Notes: a model not told the origin generated them from the sequence alone. 62,442 nucleotides of DNA, filler included, from Stramenopiles sp. TOSAG23-3 (GCA_900128585.1; 6 parts of 6 records of this genome joined end to end with filler, not necessarily neighbours in it), one strand, 5' to 3'; counted from the first letter of the whole stretch, positions 1 to 11,106 are shown. Made by a program: numbers and translations.

Positions 1-343
1 TCCTCGTATTAGTAGGTACCCAGGTAGGGTATACGGGTAGCAGAAAGAGTTCAGACTTTTTAATATGCATTTATTAATTACAGCAGCAGTGGGCTAAGCA
101 AAACCCCTGCTCTACTATAATAGCAGAGAGGCTGCAGCAGTGCAGCAGCAACAAAAAATAGCAACAAAAAAGAAGGTGTCGTTGTTGAGGAGACGATTAA
201 ATTATGAGAAGTTTCACAAATAATCCCCTACGGAACCTTCTTCTATCCACCACCAAAATATTTCATACTCGCACCAATTGTGTTTAAATCACCACCGTGA
301 ACTAACAAAGAGCCGGTGCCTTTAGCAGTCTGACACCGTCAAA

Positions 344-2746
344 ATGCCTAGCAGTAAAGGGCGCAAAACGGTGGTGGTGCCGGTAAACAGCCCCAAGTCA
401 AAGCGGAAAAAGGAAGACGCAGAAAAGGGGAGTCAAGCTTCGAAAGAGAAAAAATGGGAAACTCGTGCGTCGATAATTCAGAAGTGGTGGCGCCGCACTG
501 TAGCGGGGGCTCGTCGTAAGGCTCTGGAAGAGCAGCAAATACTAGAAGAGGAGGCAAGGGAATTGTTCGTTAAGTATGATACAGACTCAGACAATTTCTT
601 AGACATGGAGGAATTGGGCGCACTTTTAAACACTGAAATGGACATTCCGATGGAAGCCGTTGAACGCCTGTTTCAAAAATTTGACTATAACCACGACGGC
701 ATTTGTTCATTTAACGAATTTCGCTCTCACCATAACCGGATTGCGTCGTCGCATGGGGGGAAACATGCCAAAATGTTTCAAAACGCCCCAAAGAAACCAA
801 GGCGGACGGCCACAGAACAGATGCGAAAGCAAGACAAGGTTCGAAGTCCTTCTACAACTTTGGTAACGGGAGAGGAGGAGAGTAAAATAGATGAATTGGT
901 CAGACTGTACAAGGAGACGGGGAAGGCACCGGTCATGGGAGCAGCTGAAAATGGGGACTTGGAGAGCGTTAAGTTGTTGCTTAGTAATGGCAGATTCGAC
1001 GTAGACGAACAAGACGCTAACGGATGGACTGTTCTGATGAAAGTTGCCCAAGCCGGAGAAGCCAATATTGACGATGTGTTAATGATGGATCTTATTGATC
1101 TTTTTTTGGGCAGTGGCGCTAACGTCAATGCTGTCAACAAACTTGGTATGACGGCGTCAATGTATGCTGCGTACACAAATAATGCACGAGCCCTGGAACA
1201 ATTATTGGCCCATGGGGCGGACACCAGCCTTCAAAATAACGACGGAGACAACGCCCTAAGTTTGGCGATAAAGAACGAGTCGTCGGACGTCCTGGCCACG
1301 TTTGGCCATGCGACCATTTCTGAAAAAATGCTGTGTTCTGCCGCTCAAGAAGGAGACGTGGCCTGTGTTTCTGCATTGATATCAAAAGGAATCAAAGTAA
1401 ACCAAGCGAATAAAGAAGGGCTTACAGCGCTCGTATTGGCCGCGCTTCATGGTCATACAAATGTAGTAAAATTGTTGTTGGCAAAAGGTGCAGACATAAA
1501 TGCGTTCACAGGAGACGGGCAAACCGCGCTGATGTCTGCCGTTCACAAAAACCACCCCATTGTAGTGGAACATCTTTTACAGAGCGGTGCCGACCCCAGC
1601 ATTGCACCGCACATTGGCGGCCATGCATTGCACCTTGCAAAATCACTTGGCTTTCAGAAAGTCATAAAGGTATTCCAGAAAGCTGGTATCTCTGAGAAGA
1701 ACATTAGCGAAATCAAAGTCGATTACATCCGATACAATGCATTCTGCTCGCAAATGGCCTTTGAAGGCCAAATCGTTTCACCAGACAAACAGATTGGGCC
1801 TTCGCAAATTTGGTTCGAAACTGTCTGCCCCAACCGTATTACTGTCGATGGGCAGAAATTTTCGTACACCCTTGGGGATGAGACTGGAGCGGTCTTGCAG
1901 ATCCTCCCCTCCAAATTTCAACTGGACGCTGGTAAGCGCAACGCCGCTGCAACCTCAAAATCATCGCTCATATACATTACAGAATACTTCCCTGAAGAGG
2001 ACGAGGCAAAATATTCTGGAGAGACCTTATTCACTGCCGCAGAAAAGAACAGCCTGCCAACCATGGAATTTCTCCTCAAGAAAACTGTAAATGTAAATAA
2101 ACTTGATAAGAAAGGTCAGACTGCGATGATTGTAGCAGCGTCAATGGGCCATGAAGACATAGTGAAAGTTCTTTTTCAGTCAGGTGCTGATATAAACGTC
2201 ATGACGCCCAATGGAGACACTGCAATGTCCCGAGCTGTGCAAAAGGACAAACCCAATGTTGTGAAGCTACTTTTGTTACAGGGCGCCGATCCAAATAAAC
2301 TTGATAAGAAAGGTCAGACTGCGATGATTGTAGCAGCTGCCATGGGACATGAAGACATAGTAAAAGTTCTTTTTCAGGCAGGTGCTGACATAAACGCAAT
2401 GACGCCCAATGGACACACTGCATTGTTCCGAGCCGTACAAAAGGACAAGCCGAATATTGTGAAACTACTTTTATTACAGGGCGCCGATCCCACCCTTGCC
2501 GCGGCGGCGGGAGGCACACCGTTGCACCTGGCAATTTCATTCAAATCCAAGCATATCATCGAGATTTTTTCAAGTGCTGGAATTAAAACAGCAAAAAAGA
2601 GCGCCCGCGACATCGCACTGGACCAGAACACTTATGCGGGATTCCGAAATTGGAAGGGGTTCGTACAAGAGACTCGTGGGCGTCCGTTGGCTCATAGGCA
2701 TATCGCTCAGTTTATCGCCCTTGGTAATGAAACGAATTCGAACTAA
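344..2746 (+). CDS. IQ-motif, EF-hand and ankyrin-repeat protein (800 aa)
   Basis: IQ-like ASIIQKWWRR; EF loops DTDSDNFLDMEE and DYNHDGICSFNE; many ankyrin repeats (G.TALxxAAxxGHxxVVKLLLxxGADIN) in two blocks. Confidence 0.9.
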   Translation: MPSSKGRKTVVVPVNSPKSKRKKEDAEKGSQASKEKKWETRASIIQKWWRRTVAGARRKALEEQQILEEEARELFVKYDTDSDNFLDMEELGALLNTEMDIPMEAVERLFQKFDYNHDGICSFNEFRSHHNRIASSHGGKHAKMFQNAPKKPRRTATEQMRKQDKVRSPSTTLVTGEEESKIDELVRLYKETGKAPVMGAAENGDLESVKLLLSNGRFDVDEQDANGWTVLMKVAQAGEANIDDVLMMDLIDLFLGSGANVNAVNKLGMTASMYAAYTNNARALEQLLAHGADTSLQNNDGDNALSLAIKNESSDVLATFGHATISEKMLCSAAQEGDVACVSALISKGIKVNQANKEGLTALVLAALHGHTNVVKLLLAKGADINAFTGDGQTALMSAVHKNHPIVVEHLLQSGADPSIAPHIGGHALHLAKSLGFQKVIKVFQKAGISEKNISEIKVDYIRYNAFCSQMAFEGQIVSPDKQIGPSQIWFETVCPNRITVDGQKFSYTLGDETGAVLQILPSKFQLDAGKRNAAATSKSSLIYITEYFPEEDEAKYSGETLFTAAEKNSLPTMEFLLKKTVNVNKLDKKGQTAMIVAASMGHEDIVKVLFQSGADINVMTPNGDTAMSRAVQKDKPNVVKLLLLQGADPNKLDKKGQTAMIVAAAMGHEDIVKVLFQAGADINAMTPNGHTALFRAVQKDKPNIVKLLLLQGADPTLAAAAGGTPLHLAISFKSKHIIEIFSSAGIKTAKKSARDIALDQNTYAGFRNWKGFVQETRGRPLAHRHIAQFIALGNETNSN
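2096..2490 (+). repeat. Intragenic 198-bp tandem duplication (two ankyrin repeats, 2 copies)
   Basis: AATAAACTTGATAAGAAAGGTCAGACTGCGATGATTGTAGCAGC starts at 2096 and again at 2294; the 66-aa units are near identical. Confidence 0.9.
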
Positions 2747-2838
2747 ATTTTTAAAATATAGTTTGTACTTTGAAAGAAAGGATGTACTGTACTTTCTATG
2801 TATAGACTATTCACTTCAGATCCGCCCCTTTTTTTGTT

Positions 2839-4096
2839 CTAGTACCGGTAGGTAGTTAAGAGGGAGAAAGATTCCGCCCCTTCTTCTTTTTTGGCTCGAG
2901 ACATCTTCACGACTCCCTGCCTAATTTTATGACGACTATTCATACGCGCCCGGTTTTCTATCAGTTTTGGTTCCTTTTCTATATTTAAGGCTTTTATTGT
3001 TTTTAAACCAGGGGACACATTCTCGCGCGCATTTTCTGCCTTTTTCCCTTTCAACACATCAGCAAACGTACTATCATCTTTGGAGCCTTTTCGTCGACGA
3101 TTAGAAGAAGACGATTTTACNNNNNNNNNNNNNNNNNNNNNNNNNNNNNNNNNNNNNNNNNNNNNNNNNNNNNNAATTTTTCGACGACAGTTTGCACTTG
3201 ACGGTCTTGGCTTCCGTGGCTGCTTGTCCGTTCCACCTCTTGCGGCGTCGTGCAAGCGCGGCGGCCTCGTGTTCGACGACAACGATGTCGATTCTTCCAT
3301 TCTCCTCTTCTTCGTCGTCTTTGGCTACATTTTGTACCATCTTCTTTCCGTTCTCTGAGATTCGAGATGACGACAGCCCAGACGCATTTGACCTTTGCTT
3401 TCTCCCAGTATATAATCTTTTGGATGCCCGCTTTGCAAATGCTTCATTCCATCCCATCCGCCTTATTTTTACCGTCGATGAGTTACATTTCTGTTTAGAG
3501 CCAACATTTACACCCGGCTCGACTTTGCCCCCCCTAGGCGTTTGTTGAATAACATCATTTATGTGTTTTTTGCTGTACTTTATGGAGGTCGAAGTTACTG
3601 TAATATTGGTGCTGTCATCTTCATCTTTCAGCATGTTAGGGGTCACATTTTGTAAATTTAAAGGAATGCAATAGGCTGTAGATAATTCTTGGCCATCACC
3701 TGGCTGCCCTTTTGACTTCTGTAGGTCCTGAAATGTTTTCTTGACACATGCTTCAGCACTAGGAGCACGAAGTGTGAGTTTCTTTATCCGACCGTACACT
3801 ACGAAAAATTTAGGATGGTTTGTCGGTTTGACATTGATGATATCCTCAAAATGCACTCCTTTCATGAGATTTTTATTTCTACTGCTTGCATAACGCAAAC
3901 AATAGTTGTGATCGTCAACCCAGAAGAAACGCTCAACGAAGGAGCGGGAACTGAGGGCGCTCTTTTGTTGTTTGAGTTTGTACAAAACCCCTGAGCATGG
4001 CGATTCGGTGAGTTCAGTGTCGCTACTAATAGCTTTCTTTTGACGTTTTCCCTCTACAGTAGGGCCAAGCACGTAATCAAGGAGAAACCCTGCCAT
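2839..4096 (-). CDS. PH-domain protein with low-complexity basic tail; spans the gap 3121-3174 and probably a frameshift near 3300
   Basis: ATG at 4096; PH-like CSGVLYKLK...FVERFFWVD...LRYASS...VHFEDIINV...FVVY...LTLRAPS; the 3' end is uncertain because of the N gap. Confidence 0.65.
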
Positions 4097-4505
4097 CAAA
4101 ATGTAACAATTTCAAGTGGGAGCACACTGCTTTAAATATTATTCGACTCTTTGGGAAGTTTCATAAAGAAATCAGAAAAACAATTACAAAAGTAAGAAGG
4201 GTAACCCATGTTTTTTAGGGAATGGGAGTCTATTTAAATTAATTGCGTGTGTCAAGAAGAGAGACTTTTTATCATCACGTACGTTGATGAAACATTTAAA
4301 AAATTTCTTCTCTTACCGGTATGGTACGTACGTACGAAGAGCATGGGAGAATCGTTTCTGGGGTACCGGTATTATACCTGTACCTTACCGTTATAATTAT
4401 TAATTTAATTTTAAAAAATGGAAATTTTCCCCTTTTCTCTCTGTTTATTTTAACGCTGTTATATTAGTATACATTTATTCGTAGTTGTTATAATTACGGC
4501 TTCTT

Positions 4506-5642
4506 TTATTTCTTACTCCCTTCCCCTCCTCCTTCTTCCTCCACCTCCTCCTCGTCATCATCAATTATTAAACCTTTGTACTCAGCAATTAGACCTTTGT
4601 ACGAATCATCCAGATCCCCCATTGCAGCAATCCTCATATCGACTATTTTCATACTTATCTTCTCAGCGAGTTTGAAATCCTCGGCAGTAATAGCAGTTGT
4701 TTTGGATAACTCAAGATTGGAGATTTTTATTCCCAATTCTCTAAGTTTGTTTTCTGCAGATTTGAGAGCAGCAGCTTTCTTGAAATCATTTAATTTTGCC
4801 CAATAAAGTTTTGCTGCTCTGCATTTGCGAATTTCAAGCGCAGTGGTACGATCGAACTGCATGTCGAAAGAGATTCCGTCCGTTCTCTGACTTGCAATAC
4901 GTTCGAAATCAATATCAGTTTTGCTTGTAGGCGATTGCCCCGGGCTGCTAACCAAGTCGCTATAGTTTCTGCGATCGTCGTCGGTTAAATTCGGGTTTTG
5001 GGAATGGACAGATTGGGATTGCTCGCTTTGTCGCCTTTCGTCAAAGGAAAGAAAAATATGCTTTCTAGCGCTACTAGCTCCATTTTGAGGGGAGGATGGT
5101 ACACGGCTTTCAGAAACGCCGCCAGATTCACCTGTCTTTTCGCTGTCTTCATAACCAAAATCTGCAAGTATATCCTTCACCCAATCGCCTAAAACCGTCA
5201 GTCCAACAATACCTACTTGGTTAAATAAGTTCCGTGAGTTCATGTGACAAGAGAAAAACTTGAGCATTATCATATTGCACTTGACGTTCAAGGTAACTGT
5301 TTTTACTTCTCGAGCTTGAAGGCGGCTCTCAGTATTGTCTGTAAAATGAAAGTGGCCCATTCTTTTAAATTTATCATAGTGCCGTTCAAAATCGCCTTCT
5401 GGAAAATTACCTGCCAACACTTCTACTCGTTGAGGTATGCAGACTTCATGGGCCATGAGCTGCAACTGAGAGACTTTTGCAGGAATTCCCCCATTTACAC
5501 GAACAATCAGGGTCTGAGGCCACTCGGAGAAAATATCCGAAAACCAAGCATCAGCACTGTTCCCATCTATGCTTTCAATACATTTTGCATCCGCGAAGTT
5601 TGAAGTCGCGTGGACCACTTCTACCGGTATGCGTTTATTCAT
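4506..5642 (-). CDS. CEP104: CEP104-like protein: N-terminal jelly-roll plus UVR-like coiled coil only (378 aa)
   Basis: First in-frame ATG at 5642; CEP104 N-domain motifs LQLMAHEVCIPQRVE, MGHFHFTDNTESRLQAREVKTV, FFSCHMNSRNLFNQVGIVGLTVLG; K..AI.AEDF.LA repeats. Confidence 0.75.
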   Translation of the reverse strand: MNKRIPVEVVHATSNFADAKCIESIDGNSADAWFSDIFSEWPQTLIVRVNGGIPAKVSQLQLMAHEVCIPQRVEVLAGNFPEGDFERHYDKFKRMGHFHFTDNTESRLQAREVKTVTLNVKCNMIMLKFFSCHMNSRNLFNQVGIVGLTVLGDWVKDILADFGYEDSEKTGESGGVSESRVPSSPQNGASSARKHIFLSFDERRQSEQSQSVHSQNPNLTDDDRRNYSDLVSSPGQSPTSKTDIDFERIASQRTDGISFDMQFDRTTALEIRKCRAAKLYWAKLNDFKKAAALKSAENKLRELGIKISNLELSKTTAITAEDFKLAEKISMKIVDMRIAAMGDLDDSYKGLIAEYKGLIIDDDEEEVEEEGGGEGSKK

Positions 5643-6931
5643 ACCTGGGCAAGCGTTTACTCGTTTTACCGTCCGGTTCAACTAGTTTTAAATGCACATC
5701 GTAGCGCGCATTTTTCGAAGTAGATCGTCAATCATTTAATCAAAGTACATGTTCATAAATGGTTTGGAAAATTGTCAGGTAATGGTCGAATTGTAGCACT
5801 CAGTATGAGTTAATAATGGTATACATATGTTTGTAAGGTGTTCAACTTGCCATTGTTTTTACTTGAATGTATATCCGACAAGCTGATAAGGAAAAAAACG
5901 CCATTCGAGGCACAAGAAGAAGGAGGACTCGTTTTCTATCTCAACAAGGGAGAAAAAGGACAGGCGGCAGGAAGACAGCGATAAAATTTTACAAGTAATC
6001 CAAATTTCATACTTGTTTTGCTCTACGGTAGACTATCAACTCGAAAGCAGAAAGCAGTCCTTGTTGCAAATTATTTAACGAAAAGGGAAAATAAAAGGAA
6101 GGAGAAGAAGTTTTCAGTTCTCTTGGAGACGAAAGAGCACTGTGCACAACAACGTCTCGTTATTACATGCCATGGTATAATGTATTTTGCACTTTTATAG
6201 TCTAGTTGCTATCGATCAACTTCGTATGTCCTCGTAGTCGACTGCTTCCATCACACTCCTACCGTTCATACAAATCGATGCATTTCCTTCATAGCTAAAA
6301 AACAATAATAAATTCTGTTTTTTTTCCGTTCTTCTTTCTTCTTTTACTCTTTTCTCTGATCGTACCCCGGTAGTACTGTACCATTTATAAAATAAATAGT
6401 AGACAGACGACCAAGTTGGCAACCAAATTGGAAAGGACTCCAATGCTCTGTTCTGTTGATTAAATAGCCCTGTGCGAAAAACGTTGGGTCGATTGTCGAT
6501 TCTTTGTTGTTAGAAGGATACTATTTACCTGTGTCGTCTGATATTGTTATTACGAGGTATGCATAATAAAGCAGCAGGTGACGAGAGAAAAAAAAGAAAG
6601 AAAGAAAGAAAGAAAGAAAGAACAGAACAATAGGAAAATAATATGGCGTTTAATGATGAGTAGTGACCACCAACAAGTATTACTAACCGGTATTAGTGTG
6701 CAATGATGTACAGAAAAGGAAAAAAAAAAGAGAAGAAGGTGTAAGGAGGGTCAACGCAACAAAAAACAAGCACATTTTCATGATGATGTGAATGACGTAT
6801 TTACTTCGTGATCAAAGCAGTTTCACAGAAAATTAAATGGAATTATATGTTCAGATTGATATGGAGCGATTCATTAAAAATCGGAAAGTATAGTGGATAT
6901 TGATTTTAATAGAAAGTTATCAGTGAGGAAC

Positions 6932-9900
6932 ATGCCTCTCACGAATTCGCCGCCTGGCACTTCCAGCCGCCGCGTGTCTAACCAGCAGAACTTGAGTGCG
7001 CTTGAGTACGATAACGCCGATTTGCCCCAACGTGTCTCTAGGCGTGCATCGGAGCTATCACAAGGTTGGCAAAGATCTTCCAGGGCTTCTGGTAATTTTG
7101 GGGATAGAACGAACGGAACCTATAAGAGATATACAGAAGAAGAATTTTTGGATGAAGAGACATATCCCAACGAAGGCTCGCAGGAAGGCAGGGTACAGTT
7201 ATATACAAATTTTCAAGATGGCATGACTAGATGGAATGGACCTCAGTCAAACCCAGCGCAAGCCTTCAGCCATCGCAATCTCTACGAAGAAAGACGCCGA
7301 CAAGACTTAAGTGCGAGAAAGGACCGATTACAGGGGCACTCGCACCACTACCATAGAGTCGATAACGTAGACGATTATAGAGGAAGAGTGCCACGGCACT
7401 TGTCACAGATCGGCGCAACCGCTAGTATAGTTGAAGGAGTTCAGCGTGACTTGCGAAAAGCGGAGATTGAAGATTATGTGTCCAAGGATAAAAAAGCTGT
7501 AGATATTTTCTATCGTGGCCGTGGGGGGGAAATAAAAAAATGGGATGGAACCACGCCTTATGACAGGGAACAAGGGGCCGTGTCGCGCTCCAAAGAGCAA
7601 AAGACAGACAATACCCAGGGAACAAATACAGAAGAGTCCTGGCTCTTAAACCAAGAAGACTGGATCGATACAAACGAATTATCTTTCGATGCCAACGAAG
7701 ACGGAAAGAAAGGCAACCTAGAGGGCGAAGAATTAAGTTCCAATCACAGGGACGGCCCAACCCCATTGTCCCCCACAAATGCAGGGAACATGTCGAGCGA
7801 TTCTCTTGTCTTGGTGCTGTCTTCGACCCCAAGCGGACTTCCAACTGTGCAGATGCAAGTTGGTAGCAACCAGGCCAGGAATGCAAACGGATTTCAGACC
7901 GTTGGGAGAGTGCAGGCGGACAATTTCCACACCGAAACCCGTGCTGCAAATTATCAGACTGGAATGCACACCACCAATCACCAATCCAGAGCACAGCTTG
8001 AAAACAACCAGCTAAGAAATATTCAACTGAGGACGCATCTTGCAAATACCCAGATCAGAGAAACCGTGGCAGTTCAAAGAGCTGAAAAAGTGGAAGTTGA
8101 AAAGCACCACACGAAGAAGCCGAGCGAAATCCCAGAAATCCAAAGCTTAGTTTACGCAGAAAAGGAAATGACCCAGTCTGGGAACGTAATTGATGCTGGA
8201 TCGATACCAAACCCAGCTGTTATTAGCAAAAACGAGTTAAAAGAAATTGAAGAGGCCAAGCTGAAGTTAGATGTTCGTCAGAAGAAAGTAGAAGAGGACG
8301 AGAAAAGGTTGAAGGTAGAGTTTGATGTTTTGAAAGTCGAAAGGGCCGATTTAGAGTCTGCACGAGGGAAAATTGCGGAAGAGCGTGAGGCATTGCTGTC
8401 AAAAGAAAAAAACCTCGCTACAGGGCAGCAGGTGTTGCGTGAGGACAAGGATACGTTGCATAAAGAAAAGGACAGATTGCACGAAGAAAAGGATAGAGTT
8501 TTAAAAATGAAAGAAAAAATAGAGTATGAAGCGCGAAAGAAAGCAGAAGAACTTCAAGATTTGAAAGATACCGTGGAAAGAGGAAAAGTAGAAGTAGAAG
8601 ACAAGAAAAAGATGTTAGAAAAATTTGAGAAGTCTTTGAAATCAGTAGAAAACAATTTAGAAAACGAAACAAAAGCTCTCGAAAGAGAACGAATTGCATT
8701 AGCGGAAGCAGAAAAAATGCATGAAAATATTGTGAAAGACCACAGGAAAATGGTAAAGGAAGACGAAGACGCATTAAAATCAGACAAATTGGCCGTCGAG
8801 GAGGCACGCAAGCAACATGCCGAAGAGAAGCAACGCCATGCACTGGCCGTCAAAGAGGAGCAGCATCAATTAAAAATACTTGCGCAAAATCATAAAGCGG
8901 AAGTAGGACGTCATAAGCAGGCGGCTGAAGCAGAGCAAAAGCTTGTAGAACAAGCAAAACGACTCCATGAAGCAGAGATCGAACGCCACAAAATTTTACT
9001 GGAAAAAGAGCGAATGGGATTAATATCAGCCAAAGAGGCTCACGATCAAGACGCTGCAAAACATAAGGAAGCTGTCTTGAAGGAGAAGGCTGTGTTGGAG
9101 CAAGCGCGACTGATACACACGGAAGAAAGCTCCAGGCACCAGCAAGTGATAATGGCGGAGAAAGCCGCGCAAGAGAAAATGAAGCAAAACCACGAAAGTG
9201 AGTCACAACGGCATGCCAGAGCCCTTGTAGAGGAGAAAAAAATGCTTAAACAGGCGATGGAAAAGCATAATCAAGACAAAAAGCGCCACGAAGCCCACGT
9301 CGAGAGGCATCGGCGACTAGTAGATGAAGAAAAGGGCCTGATAGCAAAAGCCCAAGATGAGCATAAGAAAGAAATAAAAAAACATGCTGAATCTGTGAGT
9401 TTATTAAAGAAGGCCCACAGTGAATACGAAGACGAGCGAAAGAAAGAAGTGCTGAAAATAGAAAAGATGAAAATGGCGCAGATAGAGGAGCACAAAGCGC
9501 TGAGTAGAAAACTGGAAGATGACAGGAGAAAATTAGAGTTAGAGCTATCGACCATAACCCGGGAGCACGCGATTGCGGAAAAAGAGTTGGAGCACAAGCG
9601 TGCCATTTTAGTGGCAGAAACCAGTAACGGGAAACAATTGCGCGAAGCGGAAGAGTTAAGGGTAAAACAAATGAAAGAGGATGCGGAGGCCTACAAACTA
9701 GTCCTTCAATCCGAGCGTTCCGAATTAGAAGAGATGCGAAGGCAAATGGAAGTTGAACGAAGACGACTCGAAAATCTCAAAAACGATATCGAAGACCAGC
9801 GGAGGAGCACAATCAAGGATATCGCGAGCGAAAAAACTACACTCGAGGAACTTAAAAAGTCTATCGTTGAAAGCGAGGCCCGCGCAAAGGCAAATAATGC

Positions 9901-10801
9901 TTCCCTTTCAAAGGAACGGGACGAATTGTCTCAACGCGAACGGAACTTGTTGGATAAAGAAACAAAAGTAGCCGAAGATAGAAGCAAACTTTTGGCAGCG
10001 ATATACAAAGAACGATCTGACGTGATGGAAAAATTTCGTGGCGACAAAGACGAGCTAGAGCGAAGCAGAAAAAAACTGGAGAAAGAGCAGTTTGAATTCG
10101 AACTTGAAAGCCGATTACAAAAAGAGAGGAACCGGGTTATAGAAGAACACAAGACTCGGGCAGAAATGGCTAATGTTCCTTATGCTGGGCATTCGGATTA
10201 TGGCAACACCTTTTATGCCTCAAACATGCAAAGTGCTCGATCCAATTACATGCCTGTCCAAAGCCATGCGGCAGGAAATAGTAATCACGCCAGGGGGGGC
10301 AGCCCCCCGCGAGGCACTGTCATGCACATGTCGCCGTCTCATATCGCGTCTGCGCCAAGGGGCAGTGCTGCACACGAACAACCTATTCGTGTCATCGATG
10401 ATATCGATTCGGAAATTCAGGAGTTACGATCACGTGAACGGGAACGAGCTGCCCACGAGACAAAAGAACGAGAACGCTTAGAAAAGCAGTTGCAACACGA
10501 AGCCGAAGAGAGAAAAAAGTTAGAAAATCGGTTAGAAATTGAGCGCGCACAAGAGAAATCATCTCTGGAAAACAGGCTCGAAAAAGAACGATCGCTGCAT
10601 TTGCAGCAATTGAAAAGTGACCGAGCTATTCACGAGCAGAGTCTTCAGCAAACACAGCACCAGTTGGATTCCGTCCGAGCTATGATGGATCGCATTCAAA
10701 CGGACGGTATGGCCAGTTTTGCGAAAGTAAAAGAGGCGGTTTTGAGTTTTGACGACATGGTGAAGTCAGTCCGAGTAAGAAATCTCGTCACAAAGTTTTA
10801 G
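6932..10801 (+). CDS. Long coiled-coil protein with disordered N-terminus and His-periodic central rod (~1289 aa)
   Basis: Uninterrupted ORF, first ATG at 6932; E/K/R/A/L-rich heptads over ~650 aa. Confidence 0.85.
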   Translation: MPLTNSPPGTSSRRVSNQQNLSALEYDNADLPQRVSRRASELSQGWQRSSRASGNFGDRTNGTYKRYTEEEFLDEETYPNEGSQEGRVQLYTNFQDGMTRWNGPQSNPAQAFSHRNLYEERRRQDLSARKDRLQGHSHHYHRVDNVDDYRGRVPRHLSQIGATASIVEGVQRDLRKAEIEDYVSKDKKAVDIFYRGRGGEIKKWDGTTPYDREQGAVSRSKEQKTDNTQGTNTEESWLLNQEDWIDTNELSFDANEDGKKGNLEGEELSSNHRDGPTPLSPTNAGNMSSDSLVLVLSSTPSGLPTVQMQVGSNQARNANGFQTVGRVQADNFHTETRAANYQTGMHTTNHQSRAQLENNQLRNIQLRTHLANTQIRETVAVQRAEKVEVEKHHTKKPSEIPEIQSLVYAEKEMTQSGNVIDAGSIPNPAVISKNELKEIEEAKLKLDVRQKKVEEDEKRLKVEFDVLKVERADLESARGKIAEEREALLSKEKNLATGQQVLREDKDTLHKEKDRLHEEKDRVLKMKEKIEYEARKKAEELQDLKDTVERGKVEVEDKKKMLEKFEKSLKSVENNLENETKALERERIALAEAEKMHENIVKDHRKMVKEDEDALKSDKLAVEEARKQHAEEKQRHALAVKEEQHQLKILAQNHKAEVGRHKQAAEAEQKLVEQAKRLHEAEIERHKILLEKERMGLISAKEAHDQDAAKHKEAVLKEKAVLEQARLIHTEESSRHQQVIMAEKAAQEKMKQNHESESQRHARALVEEKKMLKQAMEKHNQDKKRHEAHVERHRRLVDEEKGLIAKAQDEHKKEIKKHAESVSLLKKAHSEYEDERKKEVLKIEKMKMAQIEEHKALSRKLEDDRRKLELELSTITREHAIAEKELEHKRAILVAETSNGKQLREAEELRVKQMKEDAEAYKLVLQSERSELEEMRRQMEVERRRLENLKNDIEDQRRSTIKDIASEKTTLEELKKSIVESEARAKANNASLSKERDELSQRERNLLDKETKVAEDRSKLLAAIYKERSDVMEKFRGDKDELERSRKKLEKEQFEFELESRLQKERNRVIEEHKTRAEMANVPYAGHSDYGNTFYASNMQSARSNYMPVQSHAAGNSNHARGGSPPRGTVMHMSPSHIASAPRGSAAHEQPIRVIDDIDSEIQELRSRERERAAHETKERERLEKQLQHEAEERKKLENRLEIERAQEKSSLENRLEKERSLHLQQLKSDRAIHEQSLQQTQHQLDSVRAMMDRIQTDGMASFAKVKEAVLSFDDMVKSVRVRNLVTKF

Positions 10802-11106
10802 TTTATCTTCTTGAAAATGATAAAAAACCAAAATGCATATTCTTAATGTTAGACTACTTATTTCTTATAATGCTAAGTAGTACGAAGTAAGAAAAACCTT
10901 TTTTAAGGGACAAAATAGGAGCAGATTCATTTTCGCGGTACATACAACATACATGAGGAAGATAAATTTTAATTACTTAAATAACAGCCCCAATTTTCTT
11001 GTTGATTTTTAATAAAATAAATTAATAAAAAAAATAATTCATAAAGTTTATAACTTCACTCTTCCTTTTTTTGATGGAGAAAAGTGAAAATCTCAGGCCG
11101 GGAAGT

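Noticed and set aside
5700-6560. Short ORFs between the CEP104-like and coiled-coil genes
   Set aside because: Under 80 aa, mostly non-ATG starts, no recognisable motif
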